This document shows, one piece after another, positions 51,957 to 61,003 of a stretch of 64,000 nucleotides of DNA. Under the pieces are notes generated by a model. It saw nothing but the letters and a program-made list of their open reading frames with translations, made no database searches and was not told the origin of the DNA. Position numbers and translations under genes: made by a program. The number at the start of each line of letters is the position of its first letter. Positions within the stretch are counted from its first letter, which is position 1. The DNA is from Myxococcales bacterium (GTDB taxonomy: Bacteria; Myxococcota_A; UBA9042; JABWCM01; BTVJ01), in contig BTVJ01000016.1 in the NCBI GenBank assembly GCA_045863395.1, positions 50,963 through 114,962 on the forward strand, in the 5' to 3' direction.

Positions 51957-53639
51957 TCAGCGCTCCCGCGGCCGCAGCGCCGCCAGGCCCACGAGCAGGA
52001 GCAGCGCAGCGCCCGCCGGGGCCAGCGGCGCGAGGGGCGCACCGGGCGCCGACGCGCAGCCGCCGTCCGCGACGCCGCAGGGGCCGCAGTCGCCGGGACA
52101 CGTGGCGCAGCTCTCCGTCGCCTGGCAGATCTGGTCGCCGCACGACGGCCCCGGGTCCGACGCGTCCGGCTCCACCGCCCGCTCCTGCGCCATGAACGCG
52201 TTGAGCAGGGTCGCGCTCCGGTCGTCGGGGGTGACGACGACGAGCATGTAGGTGCCGGGCTCCATCCCCTTGGGCACGCTCGCGTCGATGAGCGAGTCGC
52301 CCGTGACCTTCACCGAGCCGAGGCTCGTCCCCCCGAGCTTCGCGGACATGCCCGGAACGAACCCCGTGCCGGTGATCGCGACCGCCGTCTCGACGTCGTT
52401 GTAGCCCTGGCTCGGCGAGATGCCGGTGACCGTCAGGGTCTTCACGGTGCCGCCGGTGGTGATGCAGCCACCGCCGATGCACTCCTGGCCGGCGCCGCAG
52501 AGGCCGCAGGAGCCGCCGCAGCCGTCGGCCCCGCAGGTCTTGCCGGCGCAGTCCGGGGCGCAGGTCCCCGAGCACTGGCCGCCGCTGCAGGCCTGGCCCG
52601 CCGCGCAGGTGCCGCACGTCGCGCCGCACCCGTCGGGACCGCACACCTTCCCGGCGCAGTCCGGCACGCAGCCTCCCGCACAGGCACCCAGGTTGCAGGT
52701 CTGCCCTGGCGCGCAGTCCCCGCAGGAGCCGCCGCAGCCGTCGGGCCCGCACACCTTTCCGGCGCAGCTCGGGGCGCAGCCGCCCTGGCACGTGCCGCTG
52801 ACGCAGTCCTGCCCCGCGCCACAGGTTCCGCATACGCCGCCGCAGCCGTCCGAGCCGCACTGCTTGCCCGCGCACACCGGCGTGCAGCCCCCGCCCGTGA
52901 CCTCGGCGCGCAGGCGCATGATGATGTCGCCCGTGACGCCGGCCTTCTCCATGAAGAGCCAGCCCCCCGCGGGGCCGTTGCAGGTGCCGATGGGGGTGAT
53001 GTGGTTGAGGAGATTGGCCCCGGCCGTGGTCGTCTGGTCGAGCAGCAGCCCCACGTTCTGGCACCCGCAGAAGCCGAGGGCGGGCTGCGACGCGCACTGG
53101 AAGGTCCCCCACTCGTTGGTCATCTCCTTGGCGGGGTTGGGGTAGCGGATCATGACGCGGATCGTGCCCTCGGTGATGTAGGGCGGGTGCACGGCGTCGG
53201 ATGAGTCGTAGTCGAAGCTGATGGACAGCGCCGTGTTGCCCTGGAGCGGGATCCCGTCGGTGAGCGTCGACGGGTTGAGCAGCTCCGTCGTGGAGATGCT
53301 GAACACGGGCGCCGCGGACGCCGGCTTTGCGTCCGTACCCGTGTCGTTCCAGATCTCGATGTCCGCGTGGGTCGTGAGGCCGGGCGCGTTGGGGGGCGCC
53401 GCCAGGATCAGATCGATGCCCAGGATCTTCACCGGGTACTCGGTCGGCTCCGGGACGTAGAGCTGCCCGAAGGCCTCGCCCCCCGCGAAGCCCGGCTGGG
53501 TCGCCAGCGGCGTGCCCTGCACCTGCTGGGCGGCGGTGGTCAGGTCCTCGGAGAACTGGTCGTGCTTGTAGACCTTGATGACGGCGTGGGCGGGCGCGGA
53601 GAGCACCGCCAGCAGGCCGAGGATCGTCACTGTGCGCAT
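51957..53639 (-). CDS. Surface protein: N-terminal beta-sandwich, four Cys-rich repeats, IPT/TIG domain, MYXO-CTERM-like tail
   Basis: Signal peptide 'AHA'; 4x 'C.P.CAGK.CG.DGCG..CG.C..GQ.C..G.C'; 'ISPSQG....V.ITGTGF' IPT; 'GGCAS...LLLLVGLAALRPRER'. Confidence 0.8.
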   Translation of the reverse strand: MRTVTILGLLAVLSAPAHAVIKVYKHDQFSEDLTTAAQQVQGTPLATQPGFAGGEAFGQLYVPEPTEYPVKILGIDLILAAPPNAPGLTTHADIEIWNDTGTDAKPASAAPVFSISTTELLNPSTLTDGIPLQGNTALSISFDYDSSDAVHPPYITEGTIRVMIRYPNPAKEMTNEWGTFQCASQPALGFCGCQNVGLLLDQTTTAGANLLNHITPIGTCNGPAGGWLFMEKAGVTGDIIMRLRAEVTGGGCTPVCAGKQCGSDGCGGVCGTCGAGQDCVSGTCQGGCAPSCAGKVCGPDGCGGSCGDCAPGQTCNLGACAGGCVPDCAGKVCGPDGCGATCGTCAAGQACSGGQCSGTCAPDCAGKTCGADGCGGSCGLCGAGQECIGGGCITTGGTVKTLTVTGISPSQGYNDVETAVAITGTGFVPGMSAKLGGTSLGSVKVTGDSLIDASVPKGMEPGTYMLVVVTPDDRSATLLNAFMAQERAVEPDASDPGPSCGDQICQATESCATCPGDCGPCGVADGGCASAPGAPLAPLAPAGAALLLLVGLAALRPRER

Positions 53640-53736
53640 GGTCACCTCAGGATGGGGGTCCGACGGCGCGCAGTCTAGCAGAGGCGCGGGCGTGGTGCAC
53701 GGAGGATGTAGGCCCCCGGATGTACCCCGCAGGACC

Positions 53737-54249
53737 CTACCGGGTCAGCTCCGCCGTCCGGGTCCGCACGGCCTCGCCCAGGGCGTCGGGCCCTGCCGCC
53801 AGCAGCGCCTGATCGAAGAGCAATTCGTCGGCGATGCGGAGCCGCCGGGCCACCTCACGCCCCAGGTTCATCTGGATCAGGGCGAACTGCTCCAGGTCGT
53901 GGTGGTAGAGGGCCATCAGGGCCCGGCTGTCGATGCGGAAGGCCCGCGCGTCCGTGTCCGCCCGGACCGTGGCGCTTCGAGGCGCGATGGCCAGCAGCGC
54001 CACCTCGCCGAAGCAGTCCCCCTCGCCCAGCTCCGCCAGCCGCAGGGCCACGTCGCCGCGCCGCTTGAGCACGCTCACGCGCCCGAGCTCCAGCACGAAC
54101 AGCGAATCCCCGAGCTCCCCCTCGCGAAAGAACGTCTCGCCGGGCCCCCGCGTCACGGTCTCCGCCCGCTCCAGGAGGAACCGGACCCCATCCTGGGAGA
54201 GCCCACCAAACACCGGGATCCTCAACAGGAGCGTGATGCGTCTCTCCAC
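53737..54249 (-). CDS. Stand-alone cyclic-nucleotide-binding domain protein
   Basis: 'IPVF.GL', 'FREGE.GDSLFVL..G.V', 'GDCFGEVALL...PRSATVRA'. GTG start after GAGGAGGAGG; no C-terminal HTH. Confidence 0.85.
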   Translation of the reverse strand: MERRITLLLRIPVFGGLSQDGVRFLLERAETVTRGPGETFFREGELGDSLFVLELGRVSVLKRRGDVALRLAELGEGDCFGEVALLAIAPRSATVRADTDARAFRIDSRALMALYHHDLEQFALIQMNLGREVARRLRIADELLFDQALLAAGPDALGEAVRTRTAELTR

Positions 54250-54371
54250 CGGGCCCTCCTCCTCGCCTTCGCGGAGCCGCGCGCTGCCCCCCACCCGCAG
54301 CCTACTCCGGCGGGGACCGGATGGTCCACGTCCACCGCTGCGCAGAATCGCACGTCTCGTGAAACCAATGA

Positions 54372-54400
54372 TTGACACGGCCCCCCCTGTCCGGGTAGGT
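54372..54400 (+). promoter_or_regulatory. Candidate sigma70 promoter for infA
   Basis: Perfect TTGACA at 54372-54377; weak -10 (TAGGT) at about 54396-54400. Confidence 0.35.
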
Positions 54401-54477
54401 GGAGTGCCCGACACGTGCGAGAGGCTGCGGCGACCCGGTGCCGCCGCTCAGGCCGGTCGGAACATCACGGAGGCTTC

Positions 54478-54696
54478 GTGTCGAAGGAAGATGGAATCGT
54501 CGTCGAGGGTACGGTCGTCGAGCCGCTCAAGAACGCCATGTTCAGGGTGAAGCTCGACAACGGCCACGAGGTGCTTGCTCACGTCTCGGGGAAGATGCGC
54601 AAGTTCTACATCCGCATCCTCCCCGGCGACCGCGTCACGGTCGAGCTGTCGCCCTACGACCTGAAGCGCGGGCGCATCACCTACCGTGCAAAGTAG
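54478..54696 (+). CDS. infA: Translation initiation factor IF-1
   Basis: 72 aa '[65 protein letters not shown]'; GTG start with GGAGG. Confidence 0.97.
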   Translation: MSKEDGIVVEGTVVEPLKNAMFRVKLDNGHEVLAHVSGKMRKFYIRILPGDRVTVELSPYDLKRGRITYRAK

Positions 54697-54830
54697 GGAC
54701 CTCTCCCCCTCCAGACCCGGCCCTCCCTCACAGCTACGGAGCAGGTCTGGCTCCCGCAGTCGCCCCGAGGCGCCACGCCCCCTTCCACCGCAAGCGGAAA
54801 CAGGGTAGACATCCCTGGGAGGTGAAGCCC

Positions 54831-55064
54831 ATGGTGGTCCTCGCGCGGTTGATCGATCTCTACTCCTTGGTGCTCTTCGCCTCGGTGATCCTCTCGTGGC
54901 TCCCGCTCGGGGTGGACAACCCCTTCGTGCGCGTGATCCGCGCCGTCACCGAGCCCGTCCTCGCGCCCGTGAGGCGCATCCTGCCCTCGACGGGCGGGCT
55001 GGACTTCTCCCCCATCGTCGTGCTGGTCCTGCTGCAGCTCCTCCGGGGCGTCCTGCTGCGCTGA
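54831..55064 (+). CDS. yggT: YggT family membrane protein
   Basis: 'ILSW....NPFV......TEPVL.P.RR.LP..GGLDFSP'; GGAGG RBS. Confidence 0.92.
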   Translation: MVVLARLIDLYSLVLFASVILSWLPLGVDNPFVRVIRAVTEPVLAPVRRILPSTGGLDFSPIVVLVLLQLLRGVLLR

Positions 55065-55223
55065 TCTCCACTACGCGGGCAACTCCGTCCGACGAGACCG
55101 CCGCCGATGGGGAATGGGACGGCAAGCCCCGTCTCTGGCCTCTGCTGCCGAAAGGTGTTAGGACTTGGGCGGACTCATCGCCATCTCGGGCCCCGAAGGG
55201 CCTTCAACAGAGTGGGTTTGGAC

Positions 55224-58200
55224 ATGAAGCTGAGCGCTCCCTCCCTGGTCGCGAAGACCGCGCTGCTGGCCGCGCTGCTGGCAGCATCCTCAGGCTGCGA
55301 CGACGGGCGGCTGAACGTGGGCGGCCTGTGCAGCACCGAGGCCGACTGCCCCCCAGGTCAGATCTGCAAGGACGGCGCCTGCACCTCGTCGTGCTCCACG
55401 GACTCGGAGTGCCAGGCCGCGGGCCTGGGAGTCACCTGCGCTGACGGCCAGTGCGTCGGCACCCTGCTCCCGGTCATCGAGGCACCCGAGACCATCGGCG
55501 AGGGGGCGGAGGTCCAGCTCGACGCCAGCAAGACCGTGCAGATCGGCGCGGGAGACCTGGCGTTCGCCTGGGAGCAGACCGCGGGGCCGGCGGTGACGCT
55601 CGCCAAGGCGGACGAGGTCATCGCGACCTTCGTGGCGCCGGCCGTGCTGGAGTCGACGACCCTGTCCTTCCAGGTGACGGTGTCCGTGGGAGACGACACG
55701 GCGACGGGCACGGTGAGCGTGACCATAGAGAACACGGTCAACGAGCCGCCCAGCGCCGTGCTGACGGGCCCGACGACCCCACTCGAGGCGGGCCAGACCG
55801 CGGAGCTCGACGCGACGGGCTCGTCGGACCCGAACCCGGCAGACACCCTCGACTGGTCCTGGGAGCCGGCGGCCATGATCACGTCCAAGGGCAGCACGGC
55901 CACGTTCACGGCGCCCGTGGTGACGGAGCTGACCGAGATCACCGTGACGGTGACCGTCACCGACGGTGAGGACGAGGCGAGCGACTCCATCACCATCACG
56001 GTGCTGCCTGCGGCAACCGGGTGTGACCGCTCCTGCGACGACGGCAACCCCTGTACCGAGGACGGCTGTGACCTGGACACCGGCTGCACCCACACCGCGC
56101 TCGACGGCGGCGCCTGCGACGACGGCGACGCCTGCACCATCGGCGACGCCTGCAAGGCCGGCAAGTGCGCGAGCGCGGGCGCGCTCGACTGCGACGACGG
56201 CAACCCCTGCACCACCGACGGCTGCTCGGCCGCGACGGGGTGCACCCACGCCAACAACGAGGGTCCCTGCACCGACGGCAACGCGTGCTCGGAGGGCGAC
56301 CACTGCCAGGACGGCGCCTGCGTCCCCGGCGAGGCGGACCTCTGCGACGACGGGAACCCCTGCACCACGGACTCGTGCGACGCCGGCACGTGCGTCCACG
56401 ATCCCATCGCGGCGGGGGCGTGCAGCGACGGCGACGCGTGCACCACGCTGGACGAGTGCCAGGACGGCGTCTGCGTCGGTGGCCCGGCGCCGGTGTGCGA
56501 CGACGGCGAGCCCTGCACGGACGACGCCTGCAACAGCGCCACGGGCTGCACCTATACTCCCAACGCCAACCCCTGCGACGACGGGGACCCGTGCACGAAG
56601 GACGACGCGTGCGGCGAAGGGACCTGCCTGCCCGGCCCCCTGGACGAAGAGAAGTGCGGGTGCAGCGTGGACTCGGACTGCGCGGCGCTGGAGGACGGTG
56701 ACTACTGCAACGGCACCCTCTACTGCGACCAGAGCCAGCCGACGCCCGTGTGCGCCGTCGATCCGAGCTCGGTAGTGCTCTGCGACGCCTCGAAGGACAG
56801 CCTCTGCGAGAAGAAGGCCTGCGACCCCGCCTCGGGCGTGTGCCTGAGCACCCCCATCGGCGACGGGACGGACTGCGACGACGGCAACGAGTGTACCCAG
56901 GGCGACGTGTGCAGCGGCGGCGCCTGCAAGGGCGTGATCGTCATCTGCGACGACGGCAACCCCTGCACCACGGACTCTTGCGACGCCCAGCTCGGCTGCA
57001 CGTCCGCGGTGAGCACGGATGCCTGCGACGACGGCAACCCCTGCACGACCAACGACGTGTGCAACAACGGGGCGTGCGGCGGGTCTCCGCTCATCTGCTC
57101 TGACACGAACCCCTGCACCAAGGACCAGTGCGACCCCGAGATCGGCTGCACCTTCCTGCCCACGGACGCCCCCTGCGACGACGGCAACCCCTGCACCGCC
57201 GCCGACGTCTGCTCTGGAGGGACCTGCCAGGGGACGACCACCACGCTGTGCAACGACAACAACCCCTGCACCGACGACGGCTGCGACCCCGGGGTCGGCT
57301 GCGTGTTCGCCAACAACGCCAACCCCTGCGACGACGGCAGCGCCTGTACGGTGGGCGATGCGTGTGCCGGGGGCAAGTGCGTCGGGACGGCTCCGCTGTC
57401 GTGCGACGACGGCGACCCGTGCACCGACGACGGCTGCGACGAGCAGGGGTGCACCTACGTCGCCAACACGAGCCCCTGCGACGACGGCGACATCTGCACC
57501 GAGGGCGACGCCTGCGCCGACGGTGCCTGCGTCCCCGGCGCGACCCTCGCGTGCGACGACGGCAACTCCTGCACTCAGGACGCGTGCGGTGCGGCGGGTT
57601 GCAGCTACACCCCGCTCTCGGGCTCCTGCGACGACGGGAACGCCTGCACGGTCATCGACACCTGCGTCGACGGCGAGTGCCTGGGCGACCTGCCGCTGGA
57701 CTGTAACGACGGCAACCCCTGCACCACGGACTCGTGCGAGCCCCTCGTCGGCTGCCAGCACGTCCAGAACACCGCGGCGTGCGACGACGGCAACGCGTGC
57801 ACCAAGGGCGAGGCGTGCGTCGGCGGCGCATGCACCGGCGGCGGGGGGGTCACCTGCAACGACGGCAACCCCTGCACCACCGACACCTGCGACCCCCAGC
57901 TCGGCTGCGTCTACGCCAACAACAGCCAGGCGTGCGACGACGGCAACCTGTGCACCGGGGGCGACACCTGCAGCGGCGGCGAGTGCAAGGGCTCGTTCGT
58001 GACCAACTGCGACGACCTGAACCCCTGCACGACGGACACCTGCGTGCCGCAGACCGGCTGCAAGCACGCCAACAACGCCAACCCCTGCGACGACGGCAGC
58101 GCCTGCACGACCCAGGACGTGTGCAGCGCGGGTGTCTGCTCGGGGAAGACGGTCTCCTGCGACGACGCCAACACCTGCACGACGGACTCGTGCGACCCGC

Positions 58201-60956
58201 TCGTCGGCTGCGTGTACGCTGGGGCAGTGGGCCCCTGCGACGATGGCAACTCCTGCACGTCCAACGACACGTGCACGAACGGCAAGTGCGCGGGCGAGGG
58301 CCAGGTGTGCGACGACGGCAACCCGTGCACGGACGACGGCTGCGATGGGACCGGCGGGTGCGCCTTCACCCCCAACACCAAGCCCTGCAACGACGCCAAC
58401 GCCTGCACCACGAACGACAAGTGCGGCGGCGGCGCGTGCTCCGGCACGGTCGTCCTGTGCAACGACGGGAACCCCTGCACCAACGACGCCTGCAACCCGG
58501 CCGTCGGGTGCACCTACACGAACAACACGGTTGCGTGCAGCGACGGCAACGCCTGCACCGGAGGCGACAAGTGCGCCAACGGCAAGTGCGCCGGCGGCCC
58601 GGTCATCACGTGCAACGACGACAACCCGTGCACCAACGACTCCTGCGACCCGACGACCGGCTGCGTCTACAAGAACAACACGGCGACCTGCGACGACGGC
58701 AACAAGTGCACGACGGTCGACACCTGTGTCGCGGGCAAGTGCGTAGGCTCGGGGACGCCGGTGTGCGCCGACGGGAACCCATGCACGGATGACGCGTGCG
58801 ACCCTGCGCTCGGCTGCGTCTTCTCCAACAACGCGGCCGCGTGCAACGATGGCAACGCCTGCACGACGGGCGACGCCTGCTCCGGCGGGTCGTGCAAGGG
58901 CTCCCCCCTCTCGTGCAACGACGGCAACCCCTGCACCAACGACTCCTGTGACCCGGCCAAGGGGTGCGTCTATACACCGAACCAGGCGAGCTGCAACGAC
59001 GGCGACGCATGCACGTCGGGCGACAAGTGTACGGACGGCGCGTGCACGGGCGTCGTGGTGAAGTGCCCAGCCGGCGGCCAGTGCGAGCAGGTGTGGTGCG
59101 ACAAGGTGGCGGGGTGCCAGACCGGCAAGCTGACCGGCTACTGCGCCGAGACCGGGAAGCCGTGCGTAGGCGACGGTGACTGCGGCGACAAGGACTCGTG
59201 CGAGCCGGCCAAGTGCGACGACAACAACGCGTGCACGGACCCCGATGGCTGCAAGGAGGGCATCTGCGCCGGCCAGGCGGTGAGCTGCGACGACGGCAAC
59301 CCATGTACGGCCGACACGTGCGACCCGAAGGGCGGGTGCTCCCACACGCTCCTCAAGGACGGCAGCCAGTGCAGCGACGGCGACCTGTGCACGACCAGCG
59401 ATGTCTGCACCAATGGGGTCTGTGCAGGCGTGTTCAAGTGCGACGACGGCAACCTCTGCACCCTCGACACCTGCGACGCGGCCGGCAAGTGCAACAACAC
59501 CCCGGCTGTGGGGAGCTGCAACGACGGCAACGCCTGCACCACGAAGGACACGTGCACTCAGGGCCAGTGCGTCGGGACCCCCGTGGTCTGCAACGACGGC
59601 AACTCCTGCACCGCCGACTCCTGCAACTCCAAGACGGGGTGCGTCTACCAGAACGAGCCCTTCGGCAAGGCGTGCACCAACGGGTCCTACGGCACCTGCT
59701 GGAGCGGCTCTTGCCAGGCCTGGGAGATCAAGACCTCGACTCCCGCCAGCGCCACCGGGGGCCTGCTCTACGCCTCCCACACCCCCCCTGGCGGCGCGCT
59801 GGACGCCGTGGGCTCCACGTACAACAAGTCGTGCAGCCTGCTGTGCTTCATCCTGCACACACCGACGGTGTACTCCGTAGCGAAGAGCTCGCTGACCGTG
59901 TCGCCCAAGTCTCAGGGCACGGCGCTCGGCCTGACCTACGACGCCCACGGCTACCTGGCCGTCGGGCCCGCCTCGGGCGGCACCGCCGTCTGGAGCGGCA
60001 CGGGCTGGAGCTTCAGCGGCGGACCCAACTTCAACGTCACGGGCCTGAGCTCCCCGACCTTCTACGGCGTCCACAGCCTCACCAGCGGAGCGGTCACGTC
60101 CCACTGGCTGGGCGGCCCCTACGCGAGCGGCTCGGCCTTCCTCTCGCTGCTGCGGCGCTGCGACCGCGGGGCCGGCGGCTGGGGCACCTGCGACATCATG
60201 CCCGTGCTCAATGACAGCAGCGGCACGGGTTGCCAGCAGCAGTACAAGTTCACCACCAATGGCGTGTGGGCCGGCTCGGCCACGCGGGTCCTCTTTGCGG
60301 GCTGGACCCACGACCAGATCGAGGGCGACCCCTACGGCTGGCCGACGGTGGTCACCTGGAACGGCAACAGCTTCTCGTCCTGCGGGAGCCTCAGCGGCTA
60401 CAAGGGCGAGGTGTACGCAGCCAACGACATCTACGCAACGCAGTGGACCAAGAAGCCCACGGGAGCCACCTTCGAGGCCATCGGCGGGTCGAGCCTCACC
60501 AACATCTGGGTGGGCGGCAAGGAGGGCAGTGTATTCGCCCATGAGGGTACTTCCTGGAAGCAGGTGAACGTGGCCGCCGATCTCCCCGCCTTCAACGCGA
60601 ACTTCGACGTGCGCGGAGTGCTCGCCACGGACACGGACCTCCACCTGGTGGGCGACGGCATGGGCGTGGTGAGCGCCACGTGCAACGACTCCTTCTACCT
60701 GCACGCGACCAAGGCCAGCGGTGTCTGGAAGTTCGACCGGCTGATCAAGTTCTCGTCCAACGTCTACGCGTGCGGCGACGGGGTCACCGATGCGGTGCGC
60801 CTGAACGACATCCGCTTCGACGCCGCCACGGGAGACCTGATCGTCGTCGGCTGGATGGGCGACACCACCGGCAACCCGACCAAGTCCCTCCCGCTGGTGC
60901 TGCGCCTGCCGAAGCCCGGGACCAGCATCCCGGCGGGAGGCGAGAGCGAGCTCTGA
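55224..60956 (+). CDS. Giant Cys-rich surface lipoprotein: PKD/REJ-like domains, ~43 Dictyostelium-type (CxDxNxCTxDxC) repeats, C-terminal globular head
   Basis: Lipobox-like SSGC; 'LDAS...F.W.QTAGP.V.L...ATF.AP' PKD-like domains; CDDGNPCT repeats from about 56030 to 59720; ~410-aa C-terminal domain with propeller-like 'GVWA/IWVGG' blades. Confidence 0.85.
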   Translation: MKLSAPSLVAKTALLAALLAASSGCDDGRLNVGGLCSTEADCPPGQICKDGACTSSCSTDSECQAAGLGVTCADGQCVGTLLPVIEAPETIGEGAEVQLDASKTVQIGAGDLAFAWEQTAGPAVTLAKADEVIATFVAPAVLESTTLSFQVTVSVGDDTATGTVSVTIENTVNEPPSAVLTGPTTPLEAGQTAELDATGSSDPNPADTLDWSWEPAAMITSKGSTATFTAPVVTELTEITVTVTVTDGEDEASDSITITVLPAATGCDRSCDDGNPCTEDGCDLDTGCTHTALDGGACDDGDACTIGDACKAGKCASAGALDCDDGNPCTTDGCSAATGCTHANNEGPCTDGNACSEGDHCQDGACVPGEADLCDDGNPCTTDSCDAGTCVHDPIAAGACSDGDACTTLDECQDGVCVGGPAPVCDDGEPCTDDACNSATGCTYTPNANPCDDGDPCTKDDACGEGTCLPGPLDEEKCGCSVDSDCAALEDGDYCNGTLYCDQSQPTPVCAVDPSSVVLCDASKDSLCEKKACDPASGVCLSTPIGDGTDCDDGNECTQGDVCSGGACKGVIVICDDGNPCTTDSCDAQLGCTSAVSTDACDDGNPCTTNDVCNNGACGGSPLICSDTNPCTKDQCDPEIGCTFLPTDAPCDDGNPCTAADVCSGGTCQGTTTTLCNDNNPCTDDGCDPGVGCVFANNANPCDDGSACTVGDACAGGKCVGTAPLSCDDGDPCTDDGCDEQGCTYVANTSPCDDGDICTEGDACADGACVPGATLACDDGNSCTQDACGAAGCSYTPLSGSCDDGNACTVIDTCVDGECLGDLPLDCNDGNPCTTDSCEPLVGCQHVQNTAACDDGNACTKGEACVGGACTGGGGVTCNDGNPCTTDTCDPQLGCVYANNSQACDDGNLCTGGDTCSGGECKGSFVTNCDDLNPCTTDTCVPQTGCKHANNANPCDDGSACTTQDVCSAGVCSGKTVSCDDANTCTTDSCDPLVGCVYAGAVGPCDDGNSCTSNDTCTNGKCAGEGQVCDDGNPCTDDGCDGTGGCAFTPNTKPCNDANACTTNDKCGGGACSGTVVLCNDGNPCTNDACNPAVGCTYTNNTVACSDGNACTGGDKCANGKCAGGPVITCNDDNPCTNDSCDPTTGCVYKNNTATCDDGNKCTTVDTCVAGKCVGSGTPVCADGNPCTDDACDPALGCVFSNNAAACNDGNACTTGDACSGGSCKGSPLSCNDGNPCTNDSCDPAKGCVYTPNQASCNDGDACTSGDKCTDGACTGVVVKCPAGGQCEQVWCDKVAGCQTGKLTGYCAETGKPCVGDGDCGDKDSCEPAKCDDNNACTDPDGCKEGICAGQAVSCDDGNPCTADTCDPKGGCSHTLLKDGSQCSDGDLCTTSDVCTNGVCAGVFKCDDGNLCTLDTCDAAGKCNNTPAVGSCNDGNACTTKDTCTQGQCVGTPVVCNDGNSCTADSCNSKTGCVYQNEPFGKACTNGSYGTCWSGSCQAWEIKTSTPASATGGLLYASHTPPGGALDAVGSTYNKSCSLLCFILHTPTVYSVAKSSLTVSPKSQGTALGLTYDAHGYLAVGPASGGTAVWSGTGWSFSGGPNFNVTGLSSPTFYGVHSLTSGAVTSHWLGGPYASGSAFLSLLRRCDRGAGGWGTCDIMPVLNDSSGTGCQQQYKFTTNGVWAGSATRVLFAGWTHDQIEGDPYGWPTVVTWNGNSFSSCGSLSGYKGEVYAANDIYATQWTKKPTGATFEAIGGSSLTNIWVGGKEGSVFAHEGTSWKQVNVAADLPAFNANFDVRGVLATDTDLHLVGDGMGVVSATCNDSFYLHATKASGVWKFDRLIKFSSNVYACGDGVTDAVRLNDIRFDAATGDLIVVGWMGDTTGNPTKSLPLVLRLPKPGTSIPAGGESEL
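56030..59720 (+). repeat. Degenerate coding tandem repeat of ~72-78 bp (TGCGACGACGGCAACCCCTGCAC core), ~43 copies in alternating A/B subtypes
   Basis: Counted by eye from the translation; two non-canonical Cys-rich interruptions. Confidence 0.85.
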
Positions 60957-61003
60957 GAGTCGCGCTCACGTTTCTTCGCCGCCGTGCCGATGGCCACCGT
61001 GCC

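Noticed and set aside
55075..55210. GGGCAAC...GGGACGGCAAGCC resemblance to a c-di-GMP-I (GEMM) riboswitch upstream of the giant adhesin
   Set aside because: The GNRA-capped stem and receptor are not where they should be, and GGGACGG pairs locally with CCGTCTC as a simple hairpin. An Infernal search against the Rfam c-di-GMP-I model would settle it.
56030..59720. Regularly spaced ~23-bp motif resembling a CRISPR array
   Set aside because: The repeats are degenerate at codon third positions, lie in one long ORF encoding CDDGNPCT units, and there are no cas genes.
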